Program-made: the position numbers and the translations under genes
Notes under the pieces: generated by a model
Told to the model about the DNA's origin: nothing
The model's input: the letters and a program-made list of their open reading frames with translations, nothing else
Database searches by the model: none
Part shown: piece after piece, positions 1 through 12,900 of the stretch
Numbering within the stretch: the first letter of the stretch is position 1
Layout: each line of letters begins with the position of its first letter
DNA from: Octopus bimaculoides
Lineage: Eukaryota
Direction: 5' to 3'
Length of the DNA: 64,000 bases
Assembly: GCF_001194135.2 (NCBI RefSeq)
Contig: NC_068989.1
Location: forward strand, 60,816,824 to 60,880,823

Positions 1-36
1 AGAGAGAGAGGGAGAGAGAGAGAGAGAGAGAGAGAT

Positions 37-112
<76 letters not shown>
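1..112. repeat. (AG)n microsatellite
   Basis: Near-pure AG dinucleotide run. Confidence 0.98.
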
Positions 113-118
<6 letters not shown>

Positions 119-616
119 CGACACAGAGAAAGAAAAAAAGGAGGAAAAAAAGGATAGAAATAGCTAGACAGATTCTTAAATACATACATGCACGCGCCCC
201 TGGACACTTAGTTACCTTGGCTATAAATGAGCTGTATTCTTTGTTAAATACATTTATATACATAAACTTAGACATTTTTGCTAAAGTCTAAGTACCTTGG
301 CTAATAGATGTAAAGCAGGCCTGGTCTCGTGCTGGTGATTGCACTGCATGAAAAAAAAAAAAACGTAATAATGACATATTTTCCAGATAATAAAAATATA
401 GTTTTTCTGTGATGGCTTCTAGACTTTGGGGAATCCTTGTTTCCTGCAATATTTCTCCTGCCCTCGAGGAATTATATTTCACTCCCATTTCTAACCTTGA
501 CACAAAGTGTGGCGGCGGAAATGCTTTTAATAAATGAAGAAGCACTGCTGCTGAATGTTATTACATACATATATATGTGTGTATGTGTATATGTGTGTGT
601 GTATATGTATGAATGT

Positions 617-955
617 GGAGGCACCGCGGTCATAGGATCACGGTTGTAAATGTTTATTGAGCGAAAACACCTGAAGCTCCACGAGGCTCTGGCAGAGGAT
701 GGTGGCGAACCCTGCTGTACTCTTTCATCACAACTTTCTCTCACTCTTACTTCCTGTTTCTGTTGTGCCTATAATTCAAAGGGTCAACCTTGTCACACTG
801 TGTCACGCTGAATATCCTCGAGAACTACGTTAAGGGTACACGTGTCTGTGGAGTGCTCAGCCACCAGCACGTTAACTTCACGAGCAGGCTGTTCCGTTGA
901 TCGGATCAACTGGAACCCTCGACGTCGTAAGCGACGGAGTGCCAACAACAACAAC
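617..955 (+). mobile_element. tRNA-derived SINE, family A, head partly deleted
   Basis: Homologous to 22934-23278, 58487-58733 and 21598-21785. Ends GACGGAGTGCC(AAC)n. Flanked by an exact 12-bp TSD ATATGTATGAAT (603-614, 956-967). Confidence 0.9.
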
Positions 956-1078
956 ATATGTATGAATATATAGGTGTACGTAAAATTGCATATATATATA
1001 TCTGTGTGTGTGTGTTAGATAAAATAAAATAACAAGGCTAAGGCAGTTTGATATTCCTAGGACATTTATAAATAGAAA

Positions 1079-1142
1079 GATGGTCTTACAACTGTTTCAG
1101 GTAAATAAATGATGTCCCATCATGAGAGACGAGTTAAAAGAT
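1079..1142 (+). repeat. 64-bp exact direct repeat, copy 1
   Basis: GATGGTCTTACAACTG...GAGTTAAAAGAT is identical to 1667-1730. Confidence 0.95.
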
Positions 1143-1666
1143 TTTCAATAGAAGGAATTAGCAGTGTTCATTTTTTTTAGAAGTTATTCTGGAGAGGGAG
1201 AGATATACAAGAAATTAAATATAATGCAGACGTTATATAAAAGGAAAATATGAAAATAAAGATACATGTTGGATGTTAAAGTTGCTGTTCCGTTATCCAA
1301 GAAATGTGTTGTTTTGAATGGGTAAAGAGGCTTCTTGTCCATTATCTGTAAAGTTCGATAAGAATTCATATGTTATTATTTCAAAAATGGTATTAATGGC
1401 ATGTGTTGTTCATTCAAAATGATCTTGCAGTATAAATGAATTTTGAGAATTATAGTGGTAAGGGGAAGTAGATAAAGAGAGAAATGAATAGATAAGAATG
1501 TTAGAAAGAAGAAAGAAGTATGTATAGGAGACAGTGGTATTCTTAACGGCTAGAGTGGAGGTAGAGAAGGAAAAAGAAGAAAAAAGATAACAGAAAAGAC
1601 GAGTGCTAGGTGCTGGTCAAGATATTATAAGGGAGAAGAGAGAGGAGGGCTGTCGATAAATACAAG

Positions 1667-1730
1667 GATGGTCTTACAACTGTTTCAGGTAAATAAATGA
1701 TGTCCCATCATGAGAGACGAGTTAAAAGAT
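1667..1730 (+). repeat. 64-bp exact direct repeat, copy 2
   Basis: Identical to 1079-1142. Confidence 0.95.
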
Positions 1731-2136
1731 AGACAGAAGATATACGAAAGTAAGGAAAGAATATGTATGAAAAGTTGGAGGTGGGAGATAAGTTTGAACA
1801 GGCATTAAGGTGGAGGAATAGATAAAGAATGTGTTGCTGAGGGGAGGGGAGTACTAAATCTGAGTAGTTAACCTGACAAGGCGGGAAAGAAGTGAAATAA
1901 TGTGGAAGAGTGCTCGGAATTATGGGGTGAGTGTGGACATATAATGGGTCAAGTTTGTAAAAATAGGCGTAGGCATTTTCAAGAAGTCAGAACGTGTACT
2001 AGCTAAAGTGAAGGGCGAAAATTATAGTGGGAACTGTAAAATCAGTGAGAGAAAGAAAAATAATGTATATACATTTTAATTTCTCCCACTGATTTATCAA
2101 GCCCCACTATAGCTATATATATATATACATATATAT

Positions 2137-2161
2137 ATATATAGTGATAATAATATTAGGG

Positions 2162-2207
<46 letters not shown>

Positions 2208-2232
2208 CCCTAATATTATTATCACTATATAT
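2137..2232. repeat. 96-bp perfect palindrome centred on (AT)18
   Basis: TAGTGATAATAATATTAGGGATAAT-(AT)18-ATTATCCCTAATATTATTATCACTA; paired coordinates sum to 4369. Confidence 0.92.
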
Positions 2233-3279
2233 TTAGAATAATAAGGTAGTTAGAATGTTGGATGATTATATAGATATATTTATTTATATATTATTTACAT
2301 TTCATCGCTTTCTTCCGTTATCGAATTTATCAAAAAATGGTTCTAATTTAGATTTCTTGGCCTTTTTATAAAGAATGTTCTGGGGTTTGCGAAGTAAGGG
2401 AGCAGAAAGAAGAGAAAAAAATTTAGAANNNNNNNNNNNNNNNNNNNNNNNNNNNNNNNNNNNNNNNNNNNNNNNNNNNNNNNNNNNNNNNNNNNNNNNN
2501 NNNNNNNNNNNNNNNNNNNNNNNNNNNNNNNNNNNNNNNNGGGGGGGGGGGTAAAGAGGTGTGGCTTATGTATGGTCAGACTTGTTTACTTAGTACTTAG
2601 TGGCCTTTTAAGGTGTGGAAGCAAAAAGAAGACAAAGGAAAAACAATTTCTGAATTTGAATTGCTCAAGGTTTTAATTGAAAAACCAGATGCTGTTTTAG
2701 ATTTTCTTCAGTAAAAATTATAATTGCATATACAGGACTTGCTCTTTTGTGTTCGTTAAAAAATAGTAGTATAGATGTGGTCAACTTTTTCTGATTGAAA
2801 TTGTAGACGATTTCGAAATATACCCGGCATATATATTTATAGGTCTGTTATCTCTCGGAGCTATGAATTTTTCTTCACATATTTCCAAATGTTTCCTTTT
2901 TTCAAGCGTTCAATTTTGGTGCGAATTTCTTTATAAAGTGTATCTCCATTGTTTTTTGGGAAGTTTGGGTCATTCCTTGAGCATGTGAGCATACTTAGTG
3001 ACGTGCTTAAATGTTAGATCAGATTTTATTACAATTACAGCTCAACCTTCGAAACACGTTAATCTCCCATTTTTTGATAGTGCAGTTTATGTTTCGATAT
3101 CCTCCTCAGATAAGATCGTTGGCTCCCGGTAGACCATCTGATGGCATGGAAGTATCCTTTACCCACGAAACTTCAAGTCATGTGGGGCTGATTGAAACTG
3201 TTATTTCATAAATGTAATTCCAACCAAAATTTTGAGTGCTTCTACCTTTTGTTTGCTCTTTCATTCGGCTATCTATCGA

Positions 3280-3360
3280 TCTGTCTGTTCGTCTGTCTGT
3301 CTGTCTGTCTGTCTGTCTATGTATCTCCCTACCTACCTACCTACCTACCTACCTACCTAC

Positions 3361-3396
<36 letters not shown>

Positions 3397-3480
3397 ATAT
3401 CTATCTATCTTATTTATTTAATTATTTATTTATTTGTCTACCTATGTATCTCTATGCATGTATGTATGTATGTATGCATG
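3280..3480. repeat. Compound tetranucleotide microsatellite (GTCT)(ACCT)(ATCT)(ATTT)(ATGT)
   Basis: Direct reading. Confidence 0.95.
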
Positions 3481-4293
3481 TAGACATACATATATATGAG
3501 TTCAGGATTCAATTGAATTAGGTACTTAAATAGTAAAACACCGGCTCGGGTTAAATGAAGGGAATCGTGTATATTACGAAAGCATAAGAACAAATATCCA
3601 CTCACCGATGTATAGACAGATTATTATTCCGGTTGTATATACGATTAACTGCACCCGACTGACTAAATTATAAGTCTCATGGTTGTATTTAGGAACACAC
3701 ACTGCACCAATTGTACTGCACTTAATAGACTATCGATCCACACTAATAGTAGTTTCCGAATAAGGTGAATAATGTATAAGAATATAAATAAAATTAAAAT
3801 AAATTAATAATAAACTAAATTAAACTCTCAGAAGTCAGAATATGATATCAAGCTTCCATTCTCTAATTTATATCCCCCTACTCAACTTCCTCATTACCTT
3901 TTAAGGTCTTTTGTCTACAACTCTGTCCTCCAGTCTCTTAAAGATTATGAATTAAACATAATGACTTTGTCTTTCAGATTTTGTACGGAATATTATTATA
4001 CACTTTCCTCTGTTCTTCTTGCGGTTATAAATATTCCCCTTCTTCCTTACTGTCACCAAAATATTTTTCCCTATATTAACTACTAACCTGAGCATGTCAA
4101 TTATTTCTTTTGATTATTACTGGTCAGAGGATCATGAAGTGGTACAAACTTTAGACTTTTGGAATGTTTTAAATGTGTAATTCGAGTACACTCACCTGAT
4201 GAAAACGTTTTTTCTTTTCACATGATATATCTCTGTTCATCAATTAAAATTTCCTTTGAAACAAACTGTACTGAATGAACCATTATCCGTCTG

Positions 4294-4346
<53 letters not shown>

Positions 4347-5449
4347 TTGTGTGTGCGTGTGTGTTACTGTATATGTATGAATACGTAAATCTGTACAGGA
4401 AGTAGATACCTTAAATTGCATCGTCCATTTTAAATTTAGTAGTCTCCATGAAAACACTCTTCAAATATCATCACAGTCTTGATTAGATATTTAAAAACAA
4501 TCAGAATATTATACGTTTTCAGCAGAAAACATATAAAGTTTTACTTATTTGTATGCTATTTACAGATGCTATCATCTGTCTTCAAATATTATCTGCCATG
4601 TGCGCCATCATTATTGCAATGCTTTCAAAGTACTAGCTCGTTTTAAAATTCACGATATCAAATTCATGTTACATTGTCACAAATGTAAAGCGTTCATTTA
4701 GTTATGAAATAACAATAATTTCACATATTCAGTAATGCATTTCATTACTGTTATAAGGTATTAGAATTCCATTTCTGCTCTGTGCCTCGAAAATCTCCAT
4801 AAAACATGCTAGTTACTAATACTTCTTTTCTAATAAATTCTGATTCCCTTAGAGTCAACGTTGGTGAATCAATGATTTATGTTTACAACACTTTACTGGC
4901 AATGTCATTTCGTTCAAGTATTTGCTACAATATGAAATTCGACGCTGGATCTTATCTAAAAGATCTTATCTACAATATATAATTGTGAGCAATAACGTAT
5001 GTAAAAAATAAAGATAGCATTGATGGTGTTGTACAAACAATATTGGAATACATTGAATTAAAATAAATTCGATTTTATTAATATATACAGACATTCAATT
5101 AAATAACGAAATTACATCATTATTGAATGAATTGTATTTCACATTAATCTCGAATCAATATAAAGTAATATAAAACACAATAAATTGCTAGAGCCCATTA
5201 ATATAGGACTAAGAATTTACAGAAGAATATATCTATCCATATCTCAGTCTATGAATCTATCACACTATCTATCTTTTATCTACGTATTCAGCTCTTTATC
5301 TATATGTGTGTACACCCACCAATACACATACACACATGTAAATGGGCATGTTATAAATAAAGCAATAATGAAAAGGTACTGAGTTTCAAAATGAATAATA
5401 TCAAAACAATAAAAACAAAACAATAAGGTTATATTAAAGTTGATTACAG

Positions 5450-5583
5450 CGACTCCAGTGCTCATTAAATACTTATTCTTTTAAACCTGAAAAAATGTAC
5501 GGACTCAAATCACCCGCGACGTGATATGAGGCCTGAACGTAGATTCGGAAGATTTTCCACTGAGCATTTTGTCCGACGCTACT
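5450..5583 (-). mobile_element. Degenerate SINE family B fragment
   Basis: Weak similarity to 22660-22866 and 29641-29855; truncated by the (AAC)n run. Confidence 0.45.
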
Positions 5584-6262
<679 letters not shown>

Positions 6263-6264
6263 CC

Positions 6265-6420
6265 ACTACACGCATTTTTCTCTCTCCTTGTTTCTTGCTG
6301 TGTTCCTTTCTGTTGAAGAACGTAGGCTCGAAACGTTCTCTATTCCCGAGCGTTAAACTAATACATCGTTTTGTGGTCTACACCACCTGTCTTCTTCTGT
6401 TGTTTTTTTCGTGAATCCCT
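6265..6420 (+). mobile_element. Penelope-like terminal fragment inserted in the LINE
   Basis: CTGTTGA-A-GAACGTAGGCTC-GAAACGTT motif followed by a T-rich tail and (AT)n. The tail recurs at 36772-36812. Confidence 0.55.
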
Positions 6421-6527
6421 ATATATATATATATATATATAATAATTTTCCAGAGGATGTAGTAACCGTTACCAATATAGCATAAGAACTTACCTTTTGA
6501 ATATGAAAATTTAAAAGTTAAAAACCT

Positions 6528-6558
<31 letters not shown>

Positions 6559-6714
6559 NNNNNNNNNNNNNNNNNNNNNNNNNNNNNNNNATATATATAA
6601 ATATATGTATGTATATATACATATATACATATACATATGAATCGTAGAATATTAAATGAGGTACGAATAAGGGAGAAGAATTTAGCTTTAGACGGATAGG
6701 TAGCAGGAAGGCTT

Positions 6715-7225
6715 ACGTCAATGTAAGAACACTACTGGATCCTGGAGTGTCTGTGGAGGAAGCAATGACAGTTTGGAAAATAGAAGTGACATGTGCAAAT
6801 GAATTGCTTGTCAACGGAAAAATGCGTAGGAATATATTTCCAGAGAGGCTCGCTCTATCCATTACTCTTCGTAATTGTGCCAATCCCTCTGACATGCATA
6901 CTAAGAAAATCCAGGGCTTCCTGTGACTTTATCAAATCGAAGATGAGATTAAATCACCTACCTTATATGGATGATCTCAAGCTGTATGCAAAAAAAAAAA
7001 ACCTCAAAAGAATGGGACCCTGAACACCTTGATCCAGACAGTGAGAGTATTCAGTAAAGATACTGGATTGCAGTTAGGTGTAAATAATTACACTTTACTA
7101 ATTATTCAGGGAGGTCGGAAGGTGAATTCTGACGACATAAAATTACCTCATGATATCATTAGATTTCTGTGGAATAATGCGGAGTGCTGCATGACGATAG
7201 GATAATTGGAAGAGAAATTAGAAGT
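6715..7225 (+). mobile_element. Decayed R4/Dong-like LINE, RT core
   Basis: FQRGSLYPLLFVIVPIPL (cf. FQGDSLSPLLF), LNHLPYMDDLKLYAK (YxDD), then TLIQTVRVFSKDTGLQLG. Confidence 0.88.
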
Positions 7226-7229
7226 CACT

Positions 7230-8341
7230 AAAGACACACATACATGCACATATACACACACGCATACTTCCAAACACATACACACACGCACACACACGTG
7301 CAACACACATGCACACACACACACACACACACCCACATACTCCCAAGCACACACACATATGCGCGTACACACACACGTGCACAAATGCACATACACACGC
7401 ACAGGAATGCACAAATACCTGACCCACACAACCTCACGCACACAGACTCACATACCTATATACACACACAAACATCAACACAGACAACCACATACACATA
7501 CATACTCAAGCACACGTGCATACACGCAACAAAATGCACACATAACCCGACTCACATTTCTACGTTCACACATACATATGCACACGAACGCACATACACA
7601 CATGTACATACGCACATACACACACATACACATACGCACTCACACATATAAACACGTACATACACATACATACACACACTAGTACATGTACGCACATATA
7701 CCTTCAACACACACAATGTACATGCAGACACGCACGCAATTACACACACATGGAGAAAAACACACACACACATACACGCACACACTCACAGGTGTAAACG
7801 CATGCACGCACATACTCACAGGTACGCACATACTCACAGGTACGCACATACTCACAGGTACGCACATATACGCCTACAATCCCCACACAACCCACGCACA
7901 CATGCATACACAAACTCACATATACATACACCCACACACACACACACACACATACACATACGCATACACACATAGACACATACACAAGCACGCACACACA
8001 CGCATGCACACACACATATGAACGCACACATACCTAACACTCACAACACAACGCATACACGTATACACACCCGCATACGAACACACATACACACGCACAC
8101 ATACACGCACACGCAGATGAACCCACACATACCTCCCATATACGCACACACACATACTTCAAACCACCAGTACCTTTCTACTGACCATTCTCCTAAGCAC
8201 ATGTGTAGGTAGACACACAACAGGCAGCCACACCTACTATAAATTTTTCCTATGACCTTAACGATACTATGTCCAACCACACATGCATAAACAGCCACAA
8301 CTACACACACACACACGCACATACACACACACACACACACA
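7230..8341. repeat. Degenerate CA-rich low-complexity tract
   Basis: About 1.1 kb of imperfect (CA)/(CATA)/(CACG); explains the His/Thr and Cys/Val ORFs. Confidence 0.95.
7806..7859. repeat. 18-bp minisatellite ACGCACATACTCACAGGT x3
   Basis: Three exact tandem units. Confidence 0.9.
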
Positions 8342-8624
8342 AACCGCCTTCCCTTACACTCTTCTGTCTCTGAAAAGAACTTTTCTCTACCCTTTCCCTC
8401 CCGGTCATTCCAATAAGTCACCGCGTGTGCATCGTTGGCGATTTCTTTCTCCGTCTTCCCTTCTTTGGACTTTTCCTATATTTCTGACGAAGATCTCAGA
8501 TCGAAACGTTCAATCCTCTTTCTTTTCTCTCTTTTCCAGGGTGTCCAATAACAATGTACTTTTTCCACGACCTCGCGTTGTTTTTTCATGTTTTTTCTTG
8601 TTTGTTCTTGTTTAAATTGACTAT
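8342..8624 (+). mobile_element. Penelope-like terminal region
   Basis: Pyrimidine-rich segment with a minimal hammerhead motif and T-rich tail, same layout as 6265-6420. Confidence 0.55.
8480..8514 (+). ncRNA. Minimal Penelope-type hammerhead ribozyme motif
   Basis: CTGACGA (8484-90), A, stem II GATC/TCA/GATC, GAAA, palindromic helix III ACGT, GUU site; weak helix I. Confidence 0.55.
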
Positions 8625-8806
8625 NNNNNNNNNNNNNNNNNNNNNNNNNNNNNNNNNNNNNNNNNNNNNNNNNNNNNNNNNNNNNNNNNNNNNNNNNNNN
8701 NNNNNNNNNNNNNNNNNNNNNNNNNNNNNNNNNNNNNNNNTATATATACATATATACATGTATATATATATATATATACGTACATACATATTTATATATA
8801 TATATG

Positions 8807-8880
<74 letters not shown>

Positions 8881-8884
8881 CATA

Positions 8885-8934
<50 letters not shown>

Positions 8935-9400
8935 AGTGTGTGTGTATATATATGTACACATATGATCTCACAATCATGAAAGCACATGCATACACACACT
9001 CACACACACACACACTCTCTCTCTCGCACACACGCATATTCGGCTTTCTACTAAAATATTTCTACAGTTATATTTCTCGTTAGGTTGAATTTTCTAGGAT
9101 GCTCTTGTTTTATTTGTTTAAGCGACGTAAGAAAATAATAATGTTGGAAACAAGCATTTACATTCAAGTTTTACTAAATATAGCATATATTTTAAGTTCT
9201 CTTTTGTTTCTTATAATTATTATTGTTATAGAGGCAATTTAGATCGTGTTAGAGAAAGGATAGTCATGGTTCTACATGTAGCTTGGATTGTACGAACTTA
9301 TGATTCATGTTTTATGGTACATAAAACTTAGAATAGTAAATAATTATGCATATATGTGTATATGAGTGTATGCATTCATATGATATTTTGCATATCAATA

Positions 9401-9608
9401 TATTGGTTTCAAATGCGGGCATAAAGCCGGCAATTTCGGAGGAGGATGTTAGTCGATTACATTGAACAGACTCGGTACTTATATTACGACCCAGAAAGGG
9501 ATGAAAGACAAATTCGCACTCTGCGGAATTTGAGCTCAGAACGTAAGGATAGACAGATACCTTTTAGCATTTTAGTTGTTGTGCTGACCATTCTGCCAGT
9601 TTGACGCC
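9401..9608 (-). mobile_element. SINE family B, diverged
   Basis: Reverse-complement similarity to 25467-25680. Confidence 0.75.
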
Positions 9609-10118
9609 TTCTTTCATATCAATATATTAAGATATTTTATAGCTACTGGCTCCCTCTACCCACGTTGGTCTGTTTCACACAATTCTCTCATAGGTGTCAT
9701 TGAGTATGTTTAATGGATTAGCGATCTAATTTATTAATCATCTAACTTATAAACGATGTTTAGTTTCATGAAGGATTCTTTATGCTTATTATTCATNNNN
9801 NNNNNNNNNNNNNNNNNNNNNNNNNNNNNNNNNNNNNNNNNNNNNNNNNNNNNNNNNNNNNNNNNNNNNNNNNNNNNNNNNNNNNNNNNNNNNNNNNNNN
9901 NNNNNNNNNNNNNNNNNNNNNNNNNNNNNNNNNNNNNNNNNNNNNNNNNNNNNNNNNNNNNNNNNNNNNNNNNNNNNNNNNNNNNNNNNNNNNNNNNNNN
10001 NNNNNNNNNNNNNNNNNNNNNNNNNNNNNNNNNNNNNNNNNNNNNNNNNNNNNNNNNNNNNNNNNNNNNNNNNNNNNNNNNNNNNNNNNNNNNNNNNNNN
10101 NNNNNNNNNNNNNNNNNN

Positions 10119-10150
<32 letters not shown>

Positions 10151-10179
10151 TATATATGCATTTGCTTATAGTTATATGT

Positions 10180-11290
10180 CTGTTCAAAAATGTGTTATGG
10201 AATTTCTTCTAAAATATCATTAGCTTATTCTTTCTAAAATTATTGCTCACTACGTAATGTACGCGTATGCCTTCTACTATTTAAAGATTCTCTCAGTCAC
10301 TGATTTTTTTTTTGTTTTCCCAAATCTGATAAGCACCTATTGTAAACTGTTGAATAGATTTGCTTGTTGATACTTTTAGCACACTTTACGTTACAAAACA
10401 TTTCACGTACACTATATCTGCCATTGTGATTACTAGTTTAAACGTCTACAAGGCGTTGGTTATCTGGAAAACATTTGATAAAGTTTTATACATTGAAAAT
10501 CGATGCAACACAGTTTGAAGACTTTATTATCATTTGCGTTTCTGCATTGAATATTTTTACGTCTTTTGATGAAATTGTTTCGCGTTTGTTATCAAGTAAC
10601 GAAACTTTTATATCTTTAAGCTGTTTATTTAACTTTTAACTATTTTGAAGTTTATATGAATCTCTAATTATTGCCAGAACTCTTTGACATTTGCATCAAC
10701 TATTCATGTGCATAGTACAATATCAGATATAACGTGGCAGATTTTGTATTTTATCACATATTAGAGTGATTTTCCTATGTGCATTTAATCTATTAAGGGA
10801 AGTTTTGTTTACCCAACCACTATATTAGGAGAGTTCTAGGAGCTTCTGAACTCGCTGCAGGGAGTTTCTAAACACATTTAGAAAATTCGCTGCATAGCTA
10901 AAACATGCAATTCAATGGTATTTATCTAAATGTTTTTAATCCTCTACATGCAGCTAGATACTATTCTGTTTCAGTGAAACTATAACGTACGTTATGAAAC
11001 TAGAATTTCTTTTTTCATATTTGAGCACTTCTTTCGACACGATTAACAGTTTTACTCCCTACTGTAACTACACAAGAAAACGAAATTATATGAAGCTTAC
11101 ATCGTATATAATATTGGTTTGCGTATATTTGAAGATTTCTCCAATTGGCGCAACACATTTAGAAAATAATTAATGTGATAAATTTGCTTTTGTTTGTAGT
11201 GTGAATTTTATGAGAATCATCAATAGCGTTATAACTGAAATCTTTTATATCTACAGGCTATCTGCAAAAATATCACATTTTACTTGCTAA
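10180..11290 (+). pseudogene. Possible decayed class A GPCR relic
   Basis: By-eye motifs: YYLKILSVTD (10275-10304, TM2-like), FIIICVSALNIF (TM4-like), MKLTSYIILVCVYLKISP (11090-11143, TM6-like) and in-frame INSVITEIFYIY (TM7-like). Many stops and frameshifts. Confidence 0.3.
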
Positions 11291-12079
11291 TACTTTTTCT
11301 GTTATTGATCTTGATGTACATGTGGGTTTTTTGGTGGACGGGTGGTGGTGATGGCGGTGGTGATTGGGGGCAGAGTGCAATCGATAGATTCAATTTCATT
11401 ACTTGACTGGTGATATATAGCTGGAACTTTTACCGCAGCGGGATTTCAAATGAGACCTTGATGGATACAAATGATACTGCCAGACATTTTGTCTCTATCT
11501 CAAACATTCTGTCTGTCCACGAGTCTTATTTTGATCATAATTAAGATGTGAATATTTAATGACTTTGGTATCCCCTCAGAAAGTTTATTTAATTAAGACG
11601 CATTGCATAAATGTTTGAAAAGTCGGAACGTACATGTCCAGAATATTAGTGAATACAAATTAAGAAACTTATACGAGTGGACATTACTTTCTCCTACCAA
11701 TATAATATCTGAATCATCAAAGCAGATTAATATCTCACATATCATGCTGAAAGCCATACATATGAAAAGAAAAATACTGTTGTGGTGAAACATGACGTCT
11801 ACGCGACTAGACTTTAATTTTATATTATTAATAACCTTGTATTACATTTTAAATATTGTATAGATTTGGAGAAGATCAGCATATGAAAGTTCCGAAAACT
11901 TACAGTGAAATTTACTAGCTATGTAAAATGTTTTCAATTCATAAAACAAGTTAATAACCTTCTTAAATCCCATGTAAATTTCACACGTCAGAAATCAAAA
12001 GAGTACACGTCATCTATGGAACAATAAACTACGTTCTCAAATGAAAACAGAAGCCAATCCTTTTAACTTTCAATTTGTT

Positions 12080-12900
12080 TATTGAAGAATTTTTCAATTT
12101 ATCCCAGAAAGCAATAATTTACTTCTTATAACGAAATTTATTTAGAGAGTGAGAAACAGGTAAAATTTCAGCATCCATATAATACATATGTAGGCTTCGT
12201 TTCGAAACACATAATGAAATGCTAAACACCAGTCAACGTTAGCACAACATATTTTGGCAATAATAGATAGGTACTGGGAAAATTCATCAAAATCATCGTT
12301 GTTGTTGCCATTGCAATGGTCATTGCAGCATTCATAAGATTGGCAATAGCTGTACCAATATCTGAGTTAATAAAATTTCTATCAAATCCAGTTATTGATA
12401 ATTATTATAATCTAGGACACAGATGAATAAAAAATAAACAGCAGAATCATCTGAAGGGCAATGGCCGAGAGAACGCAGATACAAATATGAATAAAAATAG
12501 CAATCATCGCTGACGTAAGGAAGCACTGAAAAATAATAAATGATCGAACTATTGTTATCATAAGTATGAAAGAGAAATATCAGAGGACTAGTTACCACAG
12601 CAGATATTACGAGTATAAAATAATTTTTTCTAGATATTATTTGTGTATTACGACATTTTGGAATTTTTTTCTTTAGAACTGTAACTTGTTATTATCATAT
12701 CTACGTCTCGGAGTGAAACTGAGGAAATTGTTGCAAAATTTAGTTACGTTCTTAAACCTTCTCGATTAACATCTTGAATCAACTTTGCAATTCATCATTA
12801 CAAATTCGATTAAATAATATATCAGCTAAATTATGGATGTACTTGACTAAACCCAAATTCAATAATAAAATACATACGGCAGGTAATTATCCTTATTTAC
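12080..12900 (-). pseudogene. Possible decayed class A GPCR relic
   Basis: NLADILF (TM2-like), ILVISAVVTSP (TM4-like), TTTMILMNFP (TM6-like) and KFYLFLTL/NKFR (TM7-H8-like) at roughly GPCR spacing. Disrupted. Confidence 0.3.

Noticed and set aside
3085-3109. Minus-strand CTGAGGA-GGATATC-GAAAC hammerhead-like motif
   Set aside because: No GUH site unless a CpG decay is assumed, and helix I does not pair.
4196-4210. CTGATGAAAACG
   Set aside because: No stem II between the core motifs.
7148-8421. His/Thr-rich and Cys/Val-rich ORFs
   Set aside because: Translations of CA/TG microsatellite sequence.
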